From positions 1-42,251 of the forward strand of contig JAEOTM010000154.1 in NCBI GenBank assembly GCA_016839815.1: a stretch of 42,251 bases of DNA, read 5' to 3'. Source of the stretch: Candidatus Hodarchaeota archaeon. Its GTDB lineage: Archaea; Asgardarchaeota; Heimdallarchaeia; Hodarchaeales; Hodarchaeaceae. Each line of letters starts with the position of its first letter. Position 1 is the stretch's first letter. Below, in pieces: positions 18,487 to 27,114 of this stretch. The notes under the pieces were generated by a model. That model did no database searches. It had not been told where the DNA came from and saw only the letters and a list, made by a program, of their open reading frames with translations. A program made the position numbers and the translations under genes.

Positions 18487-19494
18487 GTGCTACAACAATT
18501 TATTGACGAAGAAATAATGAAAAATTTAGCCAATCAGCTAAATTCAGCAATTGAGGGCCTTGAAAGTCCAACGAAAGATCGGATTCGTGAGTTTATTCTT
18601 TCTACTAAAGGAAAACAATTACGTCCAGCCCTGATCGCCGTTACTACTAAACTTTTGACTCAAGACACAAACTCACAGGAATCACAATTAGCTCGTGCTT
18701 ATAGATTCGCAGTTGTGATCGAATTACTTCATAATATGACCCTAATTCATGATGATCTGATCGATAATGCACCAATTCGTCGTGGTAAAGATGCTTTTCA
18801 TATTAGATATGGTGCTGATCGGGCATTGCATGATGGTGATGTTCTTCACGCATATGCACTTACTCTCATCAAGGATGATCCCGCAGGACTTGAACTGGTA
18901 CTTGATTATGCTTATCAGGTAGGCCTAGGTAACGCGATAGAACTCGAAGATAGACTTGATCAAAATTTCGATTTTGAAATGGCAAGAATCATTAAGATCA
19001 TGGAATACAAGACTGCTGTTGTATTTGCAGGATGTGTAAGACTAGGATGCCTTGCTGCCAATCGTGAGGACTTATTTACTGAAGAATTGAATAAAGCCAT
19101 ATGCGCAGCTGGAATTGCTTTTCAGATCCAGGATGATTACCTTGACATTTTAGGAAATCCTGAAGAATTTGGGAAAATGCAATTTTGGGATATTCAAGAA
19201 TCGAAGAGAAATCTATTCCTTTATTTTTCAATGCAAACTTCTTCTTCTCCTAAAATCAAAGAAATTTATAATAAAGAGATCGGAAAGAAAAATAAGGAAG
19301 ATATTGAGATCGTCTTAGAAGCGTTTCGTGAGATACAAGATAAGGTCAAAGAAGTTCGAGATGAATACGCTAAACTAGCTATAGATGGCTTAAAGACTAT
19401 TCAAGCGAATATTGATCAAGATGATTATCAAGCTGAAGAATTAGTCGATTTCCTATTAATCTTGACTAAATATCTTATTGAACGTAGTAAATGA
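18487..19494 (+). CDS. Trans-polyprenyl diphosphate synthase (GGPP synthase-like)
   Basis: GKQLRP, FARM LIHDDLIDNAPIRRG, YKTA, SARM FQIQDDYLD, EFGK. Confidence 0.92.
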   Translation: MLQQFIDEEIMKNLANQLNSAIEGLESPTKDRIREFILSTKGKQLRPALIAVTTKLLTQDTNSQESQLARAYRFAVVIELLHNMTLIHDDLIDNAPIRRGKDAFHIRYGADRALHDGDVLHAYALTLIKDDPAGLELVLDYAYQVGLGNAIELEDRLDQNFDFEMARIIKIMEYKTAVVFAGCVRLGCLAANREDLFTEELNKAICAAGIAFQIQDDYLDILGNPEEFGKMQFWDIQESKRNLFLYFSMQTSSSPKIKEIYNKEIGKKNKEDIEIVLEAFREIQDKVKEVRDEYAKLAIDGLKTIQANIDQDDYQAEELVDFLLILTKYLIERSK

Positions 19495-19530
19495 ATAGAT
19501 ATTATTATCTACACAAACGGATTGGCTCAA

Positions 19531-20379
19531 ATGAGCAAACACAAAGATATTCATAAATATACAATTGAGTTTACTGAGAACTTTTGGATTAATTTATTAG
19601 AAGTAGCTGGACACGGTAACGTAAAACAATTCATAATACAGGCATTAAAAGTAGCTCTCGAAGCACGTACAATAAAATCATTAATCCTTTGTGGAGGAAG
19701 AGGAACTGGTTTTCGACCTTTATCGGTAGCAACGCCAGCAGTTATGCTTCCCATTGGTTATAAGCCGATCCTCGAATATTCTATTGACCTTTTAAGAAAA
19801 CATGCTTTAACTGAAATATTTTTGTCTGTAGGCTATAGAAAAGATCATATACAGCATCTATTCTCAGAGAAAGAGTTTTCAGGAGTAAATATTGGATTTA
19901 TATCGGAAGATGACCCTCTAGATACAGCGGGAGCCGTTTTAAATGCGAAAAAACAATTTAAGTCAACTTTTTTAGTGATGAATGGAGATTTAATTACAAA
20001 TGTTGATCTAAATTTATTTCTGGAATTTCATAGAACCGTTGTGAAAAAGGGGGGGATAGCCTCCATGTTTGTGTTAGAACATGAGAATAGTCAAGTGGAG
20101 ATGGATACGGAGGAAAATCAAATAAGAAACTTCGTAAACAGTAGTAAAAAAGGATTTAACTTTGTAAATGCTGGCGTGTACATCTTTGAACCAGAAATTT
20201 TTCCCTACATAGATAAACAGGTATCATCACTTGAGAGAGATATTTTTCCAGTATTAAGTAAGGAAGGATTACTGTATGGTTATCTACCAGGAACCCAAGT
20301 ATACTGGAACCATATTAATTCACCTGAAAAATATAAGGAAGGATGGGCTGATTTTCTTTCGGGAAAATTAGATTTTTAA
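19531..20379 (+). CDS. RHH-like N-terminal domain fused to a degenerate NDP-sugar pyrophosphorylase (nucleotidyltransferase)
   Basis: LILCGGRGTG...PIGYKPILEY, PLDTAGA, VMNGD, NAGVYIFEP and SLERDIFP give the NTP-transferase fold. The first ~45 aa have a strand-helix-helix pattern. Start is TTG 19522 or ATG 19531. Confidence 0.85.
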   Translation: MSKHKDIHKYTIEFTENFWINLLEVAGHGNVKQFIIQALKVALEARTIKSLILCGGRGTGFRPLSVATPAVMLPIGYKPILEYSIDLLRKHALTEIFLSVGYRKDHIQHLFSEKEFSGVNIGFISEDDPLDTAGAVLNAKKQFKSTFLVMNGDLITNVDLNLFLEFHRTVVKKGGIASMFVLEHENSQVEMDTEENQIRNFVNSSKKGFNFVNAGVYIFEPEIFPYIDKQVSSLERDIFPVLSKEGLLYGYLPGTQVYWNHINSPEKYKEGWADFLSGKLDF

Positions 20380-20408
20380 AGGAAATTGATGTCCTTCTCA
20401 AATATCAG

Positions 20409-21953
20409 GTGGTAAACCGCCAAATGCGACGATTAAAAGGATTAGTATTCTTAATAGATATCGTAGCATTTGTGATACTATGCTTTATACCGTTTTATGT
20501 CGTAATAAACCTCATCAATATTTTTGATTCTTTCAATTCGCATGTAATATTCTTTAATCTAGTATTATTAATTGTAGAGACCTTTGGATTAATATTTTCA
20601 TATTATCTCGTGGAAATGATTGCTAGTTCAATTCTTTATCAAGGAGAAAAGAAAATTCCTGTGCTGAAAGGTGTTGAAGATACTTTTTTTAGCATAATTG
20701 TACCCTCACACGGCACAGAGTTCCCTATATTAGAAAAAACTCTTCGTGGTGCTCTCAACCTAGAATACAATAATTTTGAGCTAATTGTAAGTGATAATGG
20801 GAAAAATCAAGCAGTTACAGAAAAATTACAGAAATTTTGTACTCAAAAAGGAATTGTTTTTTATCATAAAAAAGATGAAAGAGGATTCAAAGCGGGAAAT
20901 ATAAACGCAGTTCTCAACTTTACGAAGGGAGATTATGTTGTAATCCTTGATTCAGATCATATACCAGTTCCTAGTCTTTTACAACAGTTCTCTTCTATAG
21001 TGAAAAATCCAAAAATAGGGTTCATACAAGCCAAGGTTTCTTATCGGAATGTTACTCGGTTATATCAAAAAGCTAATTCGATTCTCTATTCTCAATTTTA
21101 TGAAGTTATTGAATCTGCAAAAGACAGACGAGGGATGGTCTTATTTAACGGCACGACTGGTTGCTTTCGTAAATCCGTTCTAGAAGAGATAGGAGGATTT
21201 TCGGAAGACACTTTAATCGAAGATATTGATACTTCTATGCAAATTTTAGCACGAGGATATGAGGGCAAATTCATCAATTTTATTGGTTCTTATGGATTGG
21301 TTCCCGCAACCGCCAAGGCTCAAATATCACAATTATGGAGATGGACACATGGAGCGTGTAATATCTTGCGTATTAGACTACGCCTATTTGTATCTACTCC
21401 TCACATTGGTTGGTTCAAGAAATTCGAATTAATATTAAACACTATGGCTTTTTTTTCTGGAATAAGCGTTGTTTTCTTTTTCAGTATCCTGGTATTAATG
21501 CTAAATTTCAATATGGTGATTCTCAGACAATCAGTGATGGGATTCAATACAATCTATATAATGCCTCTACTTGTAAGTAGTTCCTATTCAATTATCGCTC
21601 TCCTTACAATTATTTGGGAAGAAAATGATGAACCCTTCCTCCTAAGAATGTTACATCTCATCCCCTTCTACATACTTTCTTTAGGATCATTTCTATTTCT
21701 AATTTCTGGAGTAATTGAGGGATTACTCCTACGCAACACTCCTGTTAGTGAAACTAGTGTGTGGGATAAACAGTTCAATGTTGTAAGAAGTTCAGTGTTT
21801 GCACTCATTTTTACAGCATTCATAATATTACTAGCAATACGTACTTTACCAAATGAATATTCATTTTTTATCCTCGGAGGAACCTTTCCATGGATTTTTG
21901 CTCCTTGTATTCTGATTTGGGAAGAGCTATTTCCTCCTAAAACAATTAATTAA
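20409..21953 (+). CDS. Processive GT2 glycosyltransferase (cellulose-synthase/BcsA-like), integral membrane
   Basis: Two N-terminal TMs, KAGN, DSD (DxD), FNGT, IEDIDT (TED-like), QLWRW (QxxRW), C-terminal TM bundle; no PilZ domain. Confidence 0.9.
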   Translation: MVNRQMRRLKGLVFLIDIVAFVILCFIPFYVVINLINIFDSFNSHVIFFNLVLLIVETFGLIFSYYLVEMIASSILYQGEKKIPVLKGVEDTFFSIIVPSHGTEFPILEKTLRGALNLEYNNFELIVSDNGKNQAVTEKLQKFCTQKGIVFYHKKDERGFKAGNINAVLNFTKGDYVVILDSDHIPVPSLLQQFSSIVKNPKIGFIQAKVSYRNVTRLYQKANSILYSQFYEVIESAKDRRGMVLFNGTTGCFRKSVLEEIGGFSEDTLIEDIDTSMQILARGYEGKFINFIGSYGLVPATAKAQISQLWRWTHGACNILRIRLRLFVSTPHIGWFKKFELILNTMAFFSGISVVFFFSILVLMLNFNMVILRQSVMGFNTIYIMPLLVSSSYSIIALLTIIWEENDEPFLLRMLHLIPFYILSLGSFLFLISGVIEGLLLRNTPVSETSVWDKQFNVVRSSVFALIFTAFIILLAIRTLPNEYSFFILGGTFPWIFAPCILIWEELFPPKTIN

Positions 21954-21962
21954 TTGACGATC

Positions 21963-22565
21963 TTAATCATTTAAGAAACGAAATCGACTTGCACCAATAA
22001 AATGAGCTATCCTAAGTGCTTCTGGAATTGTTCCAACTGTGGTGCATTTTTGTGTGAGTTGAGAAGCATCCTGAAGTGTGATTCCAGCAATCTGTAGAAA
22101 GAGGTGGGGGTTTTTTTGCACCAGTTGAGGTTCACCCGCCTTTTGAATCATCGACCAACGAACCTGAGCGTCATCAAAAACTTTTTCTAACGCAGAACGA
22201 ATTTTATCAAAATTGGGGTACTTTCGTAACACTACAATCACAGGAATATTTGTTTTTTTCCAGAGATGATGGATATCGATAATTCCAAATCCAGCGATAG
22301 TAATCCCTTGAAGGAATATGGCTCTGATTTGTGCTTTATGCGAACTGTCTAATATCATATCTGCTAAAACTTTGGTAGCGTTCGTATCATCTCTTTCCAG
22401 TTGATCTTGGATGATACCATCTACATATGCAGCTCCTTTCATGACTACTCCAAAAACAGGAATCAGTTCTTTTTTTTTCGAGAAACGATCAAATCCCCCA
22501 TCATCGATACCGATAATAGGGGTTTTTGATTTAATACCTCGCCACTGTCGGACTGATTTTAGCAC
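21963..22565 (-). CDS. DUF99 family protein (endonuclease V-like fold)
   Basis: IIGIDDGGF, QIRAIFLQGITIAGFGIID, PVIVV and GTIPEALRIAHFI motifs; GTG start with GAGGT upstream. Confidence 0.9.
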   Translation of the reverse strand: MLKSVRQWRGIKSKTPIIGIDDGGFDRFSKKKELIPVFGVVMKGAAYVDGIIQDQLERDDTNATKVLADMILDSSHKAQIRAIFLQGITIAGFGIIDIHHLWKKTNIPVIVVLRKYPNFDKIRSALEKVFDDAQVRWSMIQKAGEPQLVQKNPHLFLQIAGITLQDASQLTQKCTTVGTIPEALRIAHFIGASRFRFLND

Positions 22566-22586
22566 TTTCGGCGGAACAACCTCAAC

Positions 22587-22772
22587 TCAATATGAATCAC
22601 GAGATTGGGCTATAAAGGTATTTCCACGAAGACTCCAGAGTTCATCCTTGAGCATGTCACGAATTGCGAACCTAATGGCTTCACTTCTGTTTGGATATCT
22701 ACCAGTCCTAACTAGCTCATCAAGACCACTTACCTGATCGTTTGGTAGATGCACTGTGATTAATTTCATCAT
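22587..22772 (-). CDS. CopG/RHH transcription regulator, CdrS/aCcr1-like
   Basis: MKLITVHLPNDQVSGLDELVRTGRYPNRSEAIRFAIRDMLKDELW carries the G-x-(Y/F)-P-N-R-S-E-A-I-R signature of the CdrS-like RHH family; GAGGTTG SD-like motif upstream of ATG 22772/22769. Confidence 0.88.
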   Translation of the reverse strand: MMKLITVHLPNDQVSGLDELVRTGRYPNRSEAIRFAIRDMLKDELWSLRGNTFIAQSRDSY

Positions 22773-22841
22773 TTTTTTTTCAACCTCTTTCAGTGTTATA
22801 CCTTTAATCACATTCTTTCGCTTTAAAATAAGCATAATTCT

Positions 22842-22888
22842 GGGGTATTATCCCCGTCATTTATGGGTAGTACACCTAACATTACTTG
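22842..22888. promoter_or_regulatory. Putative RHH operator array (11-bp phased)
   Basis: GGGG-TATTAT-CCCC inverted repeat and phased units GTATTAT (22845), GTCATTT (22856), GTAGTAC (22867), AACATTAC (22878), about 70-115 bp upstream of the RHH start. Confidence 0.4.
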
Positions 22889-23355
22889 AATATTGGTTGT
22901 GGATATAACGAATATTAATATATCACCAAATACTCCTTTATTTGAACCAATATTGAAATAAATTTGTCTATACACAAGATTTAAGCTCCTACCAATAACA
23001 TATCTTGATTGTAAACGAACTAGGTGAAATCAGCTAAGACCTTTGCATATTTTACAGTTTAATTTTTATCTAAAAGGAGATCTGCACATATTTCATCTAT
23101 TCGTCAAAAAATCTAATTCTTCCGACGTATCGACTCATTAGTACTTTCCCGAATGCTTTTATGAGAGGTGTATCAATTCCTACTATATCGTTAATCATGA
23201 AGAATTATACAGGACTTTGAATGATTTTCAGGTTTTTAAATTTAAAACTCGATTCCCCTAGTGGAGATGAAATATAACTTCGTATTGTGAGATGTATGTT
23301 TCATTTTCACCCAAACCAGTTATTCAAGCCCTTAATCTCAATTTAATTATGTGAT

Positions 23356-25710
23356 ATGGGATATTCTATGACTTTAGTCTCTAACGTTCAGAAAGATGAA
23401 TCTGCTAGAAAGATACCAGTACTTACCCCTAATGCAATGACCGTACTAGAAAAAAGATATTTACTTCAAAATGACAGAGGAGAAATCATAGAAACTCCAG
23501 CACAACTTTTTTCTCGTGTAGCAAAAGCTATTGCCGCGAATGAATCACGATTCGGGCTTGATCCTACTGTCATGTATAAGAAATTCTATGATATGATGGT
23601 GAATTTTGAATTTTTACCAAACAGTCCTACATTGATGAATGCAGGCACAAAAATTAACCAGTTATCAGCTTGCTTTGTTTTACCAGTAGAAGACGATATG
23701 ACATCAATATTTCAAGCAATAAAAAATGCAGCAGTTATTCATAAATCAGGAGGAGGGACAGGATTTGCCTTTTCACGACTCAGACCTACTAATGATAAGG
23801 TTCAAACAACTGGAGGGGTTGCTTCGGGTCCAATCTCTTTCATGACGGTTTTTAACTCTGCTACGGAAATCATAAAACAAGGAGGGAGAAGACGTGGAGC
23901 AAACATGGGTGTATTACGTGTTGATCATCCTGATATATTAGATTTTATTGAATGTAAACAAGATTTGCAGACCTTAAACAATTTTAATATTTCTGTAGGA
24001 TTAACAGAGGAATTTATGCAAGCTGTGCTGTCTGGTTCTGATTATTCTCTTGTGAATCCCAGAAATAATGAAGTAGTGGGAAAGCAAAGTGCTCGTGTCA
24101 TCTTTGAAAAGATCGTTCAAATGGCTCATAAATCTGGTGAACCAGGTATACTCTTTTTAGATCGTATTAATGCGGCCAATCCCACTCCTAACATTGGTAA
24201 AATCGAAGCGACTAATCCTTGCGGGGAACAGCCCTTATTACCTTACGAATCGTGCAATCTAGGATCAGTCAATTTGGGAAAAATGGTTAAACACGATTCA
24301 GAAGCATATTTTGGATATAGCATTGATTTTGAAAAGCTAGAAGAAATTACTAAATTGTCAGTAAGGTTTTTAGATAATGTGATTGATCTTTCAACATTTC
24401 CCTTACCTGAGATTGAGGAGATGACAAAAACAAATCGAAAAATTGGACTTGGTGTAATGGGCTTTGCTGATCTATTAATAAAATTAGGGATTCCCTATAA
24501 TTCTATAGAAGGGATTAAAATTACTAATAAAGTAATGAACTTTGTTTATGAGATAGCAATTCAAACATCTCAGGAATTAGCTCAGGAGAGAGGTTCTTTT
24601 CCCAACTTTCCAGAAAGTACCTTAGCAGAGAAGTACTCGATGATGAGAAATGCCACATTAACTACAATGGCGCCTACAGGAACCATCTCAATTATTGCAG
24701 GTTGTTCAAGTGGAATTGAACCATTATTCATGTTAACATATGAAAGACGAGTTCTTGATGATGATATCCTAGTTGAAGGATACCCGTTTTTTGTCGAAAT
24801 CGCAAAGCAAAAAGGTTTTTATTCCCAGTCTTTAATGGAACAAGTCGCAAAAACTGGCTCCATTGCAGAACTTGAATCAATACCCGAAGATATTAGGAAA
24901 ATCTTTGTAACTGCACATGATATCTCACCAGATGCGCATGTTAGAATGCAGGCGGCTTTTCAAGTTTCAGGTGTGGATAATGCTGTTTCAAAAACAATTA
25001 ATTGTCCAAACGAAGCTTCTTTAGAAGACATTGAAGAAGCCTACTTACTTGCTTACGAATTAGGCTGTAAAGGCATAACAGTATATCGTTCTGGGTCACG
25101 TACTTATGATGTTTTATCCAAAAAGGGAACCAATGAAAAAAATACCGTACCCACTGTAACTACCGAAGTACCTGAAACTAAAAAACCCCGACAAAGACCT
25201 AATGTTACACAGGGCATTACAGAGCGCGTGCGTGTCGGTTGTGGAACGAATTTATTTATTACAATTAATGAGGATAAAGAAGGATTAACGGAACTATTTT
25301 TATCATTAGGTAAATCTGGTGGTTGCGTAGCTTCTCATATTGAAGCAATGGGAAGGCTTATTTCACTTACTTTGCGGAGTGGGATCGAACCCGAAGAAAT
25401 TATTCTACAGCTGAAAGCAATTCGCTGTCCTTCACCGACTTTTGGTTCTGATGGACCTGTACTTTCCTGTGCTGATGCTGTGGCGAAATCTGTTGAGCGG
25501 TTTATTGAACAATATAGTCAGAATGGTAACGGAAAAGAATTATTAAAGAAAGAAATTCAAGGTAATGATGATCATAACGATCTAGAAACATTATATTTAA
25601 GCCATACCACCTCTGGATTAAGACCAGAATGCCCTGAATGCGGTAATATTGTTGAACATAGCGAAGGATGTATTCTTTGCCGAGTTTGTGGTTACTCCAA
25701 ATGTGGATAG
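23356..25710 (+). CDS. nrdJ: Class II (adenosylcobalamin-dependent) ribonucleotide reductase with C-terminal TSCPD/Zn-ribbon domain
   Basis: FLPNSPTLMNAG, QLSACFV, QGGRRRGANMG, ATNPCGEQPL, MAPTGTISI, AVSKTIN, KGITVYR, SCADA and terminal CPECG...CRVCGYSKCG. Confidence 0.96.
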   Translation: MGYSMTLVSNVQKDESARKIPVLTPNAMTVLEKRYLLQNDRGEIIETPAQLFSRVAKAIAANESRFGLDPTVMYKKFYDMMVNFEFLPNSPTLMNAGTKINQLSACFVLPVEDDMTSIFQAIKNAAVIHKSGGGTGFAFSRLRPTNDKVQTTGGVASGPISFMTVFNSATEIIKQGGRRRGANMGVLRVDHPDILDFIECKQDLQTLNNFNISVGLTEEFMQAVLSGSDYSLVNPRNNEVVGKQSARVIFEKIVQMAHKSGEPGILFLDRINAANPTPNIGKIEATNPCGEQPLLPYESCNLGSVNLGKMVKHDSEAYFGYSIDFEKLEEITKLSVRFLDNVIDLSTFPLPEIEEMTKTNRKIGLGVMGFADLLIKLGIPYNSIEGIKITNKVMNFVYEIAIQTSQELAQERGSFPNFPESTLAEKYSMMRNATLTTMAPTGTISIIAGCSSGIEPLFMLTYERRVLDDDILVEGYPFFVEIAKQKGFYSQSLMEQVAKTGSIAELESIPEDIRKIFVTAHDISPDAHVRMQAAFQVSGVDNAVSKTINCPNEASLEDIEEAYLLAYELGCKGITVYRSGSRTYDVLSKKGTNEKNTVPTVTTEVPETKKPRQRPNVTQGITERVRVGCGTNLFITINEDKEGLTELFLSLGKSGGCVASHIEAMGRLISLTLRSGIEPEEIILQLKAIRCPSPTFGSDGPVLSCADAVAKSVERFIEQYSQNGNGKELLKKEIQGNDDHNDLETLYLSHTTSGLRPECPECGNIVEHSEGCILCRVCGYSKCG

Positions 25711-26205
25711 ACTGTTTACTTAAGATATGATGATTGTTATTCCGTTGAAACATTAGTTCAGGACGAGTACCATCCACATTAACATAATCACTCCTAACTA
25801 GGAAACTCATCGATTAAAGAGTAGCTGTTTTGGCTTTATCTTCAAAAGAAATTCGTCATAATTTACCCCATTAACACTGTTTGAGTATCCATTTGGAATC
25901 TCACTAATTCTAAGGAACTCACAAAGAATTAAATCCACTTTCCTATTGTTAAAAACTGAAGATTTAATAATGAAGTAGTTTAACAGATTCTAGTGTTACA
26001 ATATGCATAATTAAATTAATAGCATATTTTCATTGCATACATGGCAGTGCTTACTCACGAAATAGAATGAATAATTAGAAGATCGTGAGATAAGGAATTA
26101 AAATCATGTCGGAACTCGCTTTCAAATAGCAAATTCAATATAAATGACTAAAAAACTAACCAGAATTTATCACTATTTCCCCTAATGTAGAAGGATTGAA
26201 TAAGA

Positions 26206-27114
26206 ATGAAATGGACAGATCTCGAAGCCCCTAAGTCAGCAATGGCCACATTAAATCGCGTTTCGGGAATTACATTATGGGAAGAAATGGTTCGTGATCG
26301 ACGGGATTTTTGCCTCTCCAAATGTCAGAATAATAAAGTAGTCAATATGCTACGACCAAAATGTACTGATCGCAGATATTTGGACGTTTTGTTACTTAAA
26401 CGTGAAACTAAAAAGAATATGCCAATGTTTTGCTATTCTCAAAGAATAAAGGGTTTATTACGTTCTTTTCAAGAAGGGGAATTTCTATTACCTGACGTTT
26501 ATATCTATTTAGATGATTATTGGAAGATCATTCACGAAAAACAGGCAAAAGCCAGAAGAACGGCCTCTGAACTTTTGAAACGAACGATCATCAAGGGAAA
26601 AGAGGTGCTACCAATGGGTAACGTGGATCAACTCATTGAAACACATTTCGTTAGAGGACAATTGTTTTGTCTCTGGCCAAAGCTAGACTTATGTCTTGTT
26701 AATGCCCAAGAAACCAGCATACACAGTCTTAAAATGCTCCGTTCAATAGTTGAAACCCTAGCGGAATCTTACGGGTTGGAAGTGGAGATGGACATCGAAG
26801 GAAATTTTGTCGAGCTAAGGTTCCAAAACTTGGTAATCGGAGATTCTAGTGCTATAGAAGCTGAATTAGAAAAATCATCAGCTTTTACTGGCTTTTCGGG
26901 TAATGAAATTTGGGCTGAAATTAATTTACCATCTGACTTCGAGGAAGAGGGTTCTGATTTTAAGGTAAAAGACCTCCATCTAATATTCCGAACGGTGGAT
27001 AAAGTTGTCGAACTAGAAGACCATACTACAACAAAAAATGAAAAGGAATCAGACCTTCCAGTAGAGAATCTTCCTCTTGAGAAAAGTAAAGAACCTAAGA
27101 TTAGAAAATCTTAG
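26206..27114 (+). CDS. Hypothetical protein with N-terminal Cys cluster
   Basis: 302-aa ORF, ATG start, stand-alone; C-x3-C-x12-C-x22-C near the N-terminus; no family recognised. Confidence 0.7.
   Translation: MKWTDLEAPKSAMATLNRVSGITLWEEMVRDRRDFCLSKCQNNKVVNMLRPKCTDRRYLDVLLLKRETKKNMPMFCYSQRIKGLLRSFQEGEFLLPDVYIYLDDYWKIIHEKQAKARRTASELLKRTIIKGKEVLPMGNVDQLIETHFVRGQLFCLWPKLDLCLVNAQETSIHSLKMLRSIVETLAESYGLEVEMDIEGNFVELRFQNLVIGDSSAIEAELEKSSAFTGFSGNEIWAEINLPSDFEEEGSDFKVKDLHLIFRTVDKVVELEDHTTTKNEKESDLPVENLPLEKSKEPKIRKS

Noticed and set aside
21963-22772. RHH plus DUF99 as a toxin-antitoxin pair
   Set aside because: DUF99 is a conserved archaeal EndoV-like family rather than a known toxin, and the RHH carries the CdrS-like signature.
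23356-25710. Intein or intron in nrdJ; NrdR box or cobalamin riboswitch upstream
   Set aside because: The protein has ordinary length with contiguous catalytic motifs, and I saw no convincing NrdR-box or B12-element consensus in 22890-23356.
25727-25785. Possible C/D-box sRNA (ATGATGA followed by TTGTTATTCCG-TTGA) downstream of nrdJ
   Set aside because: There is no canonical CTGA box D at the expected distance. The apparent complementarity to 23S GGGAUAACAG needs two G-U pairs and could be chance.
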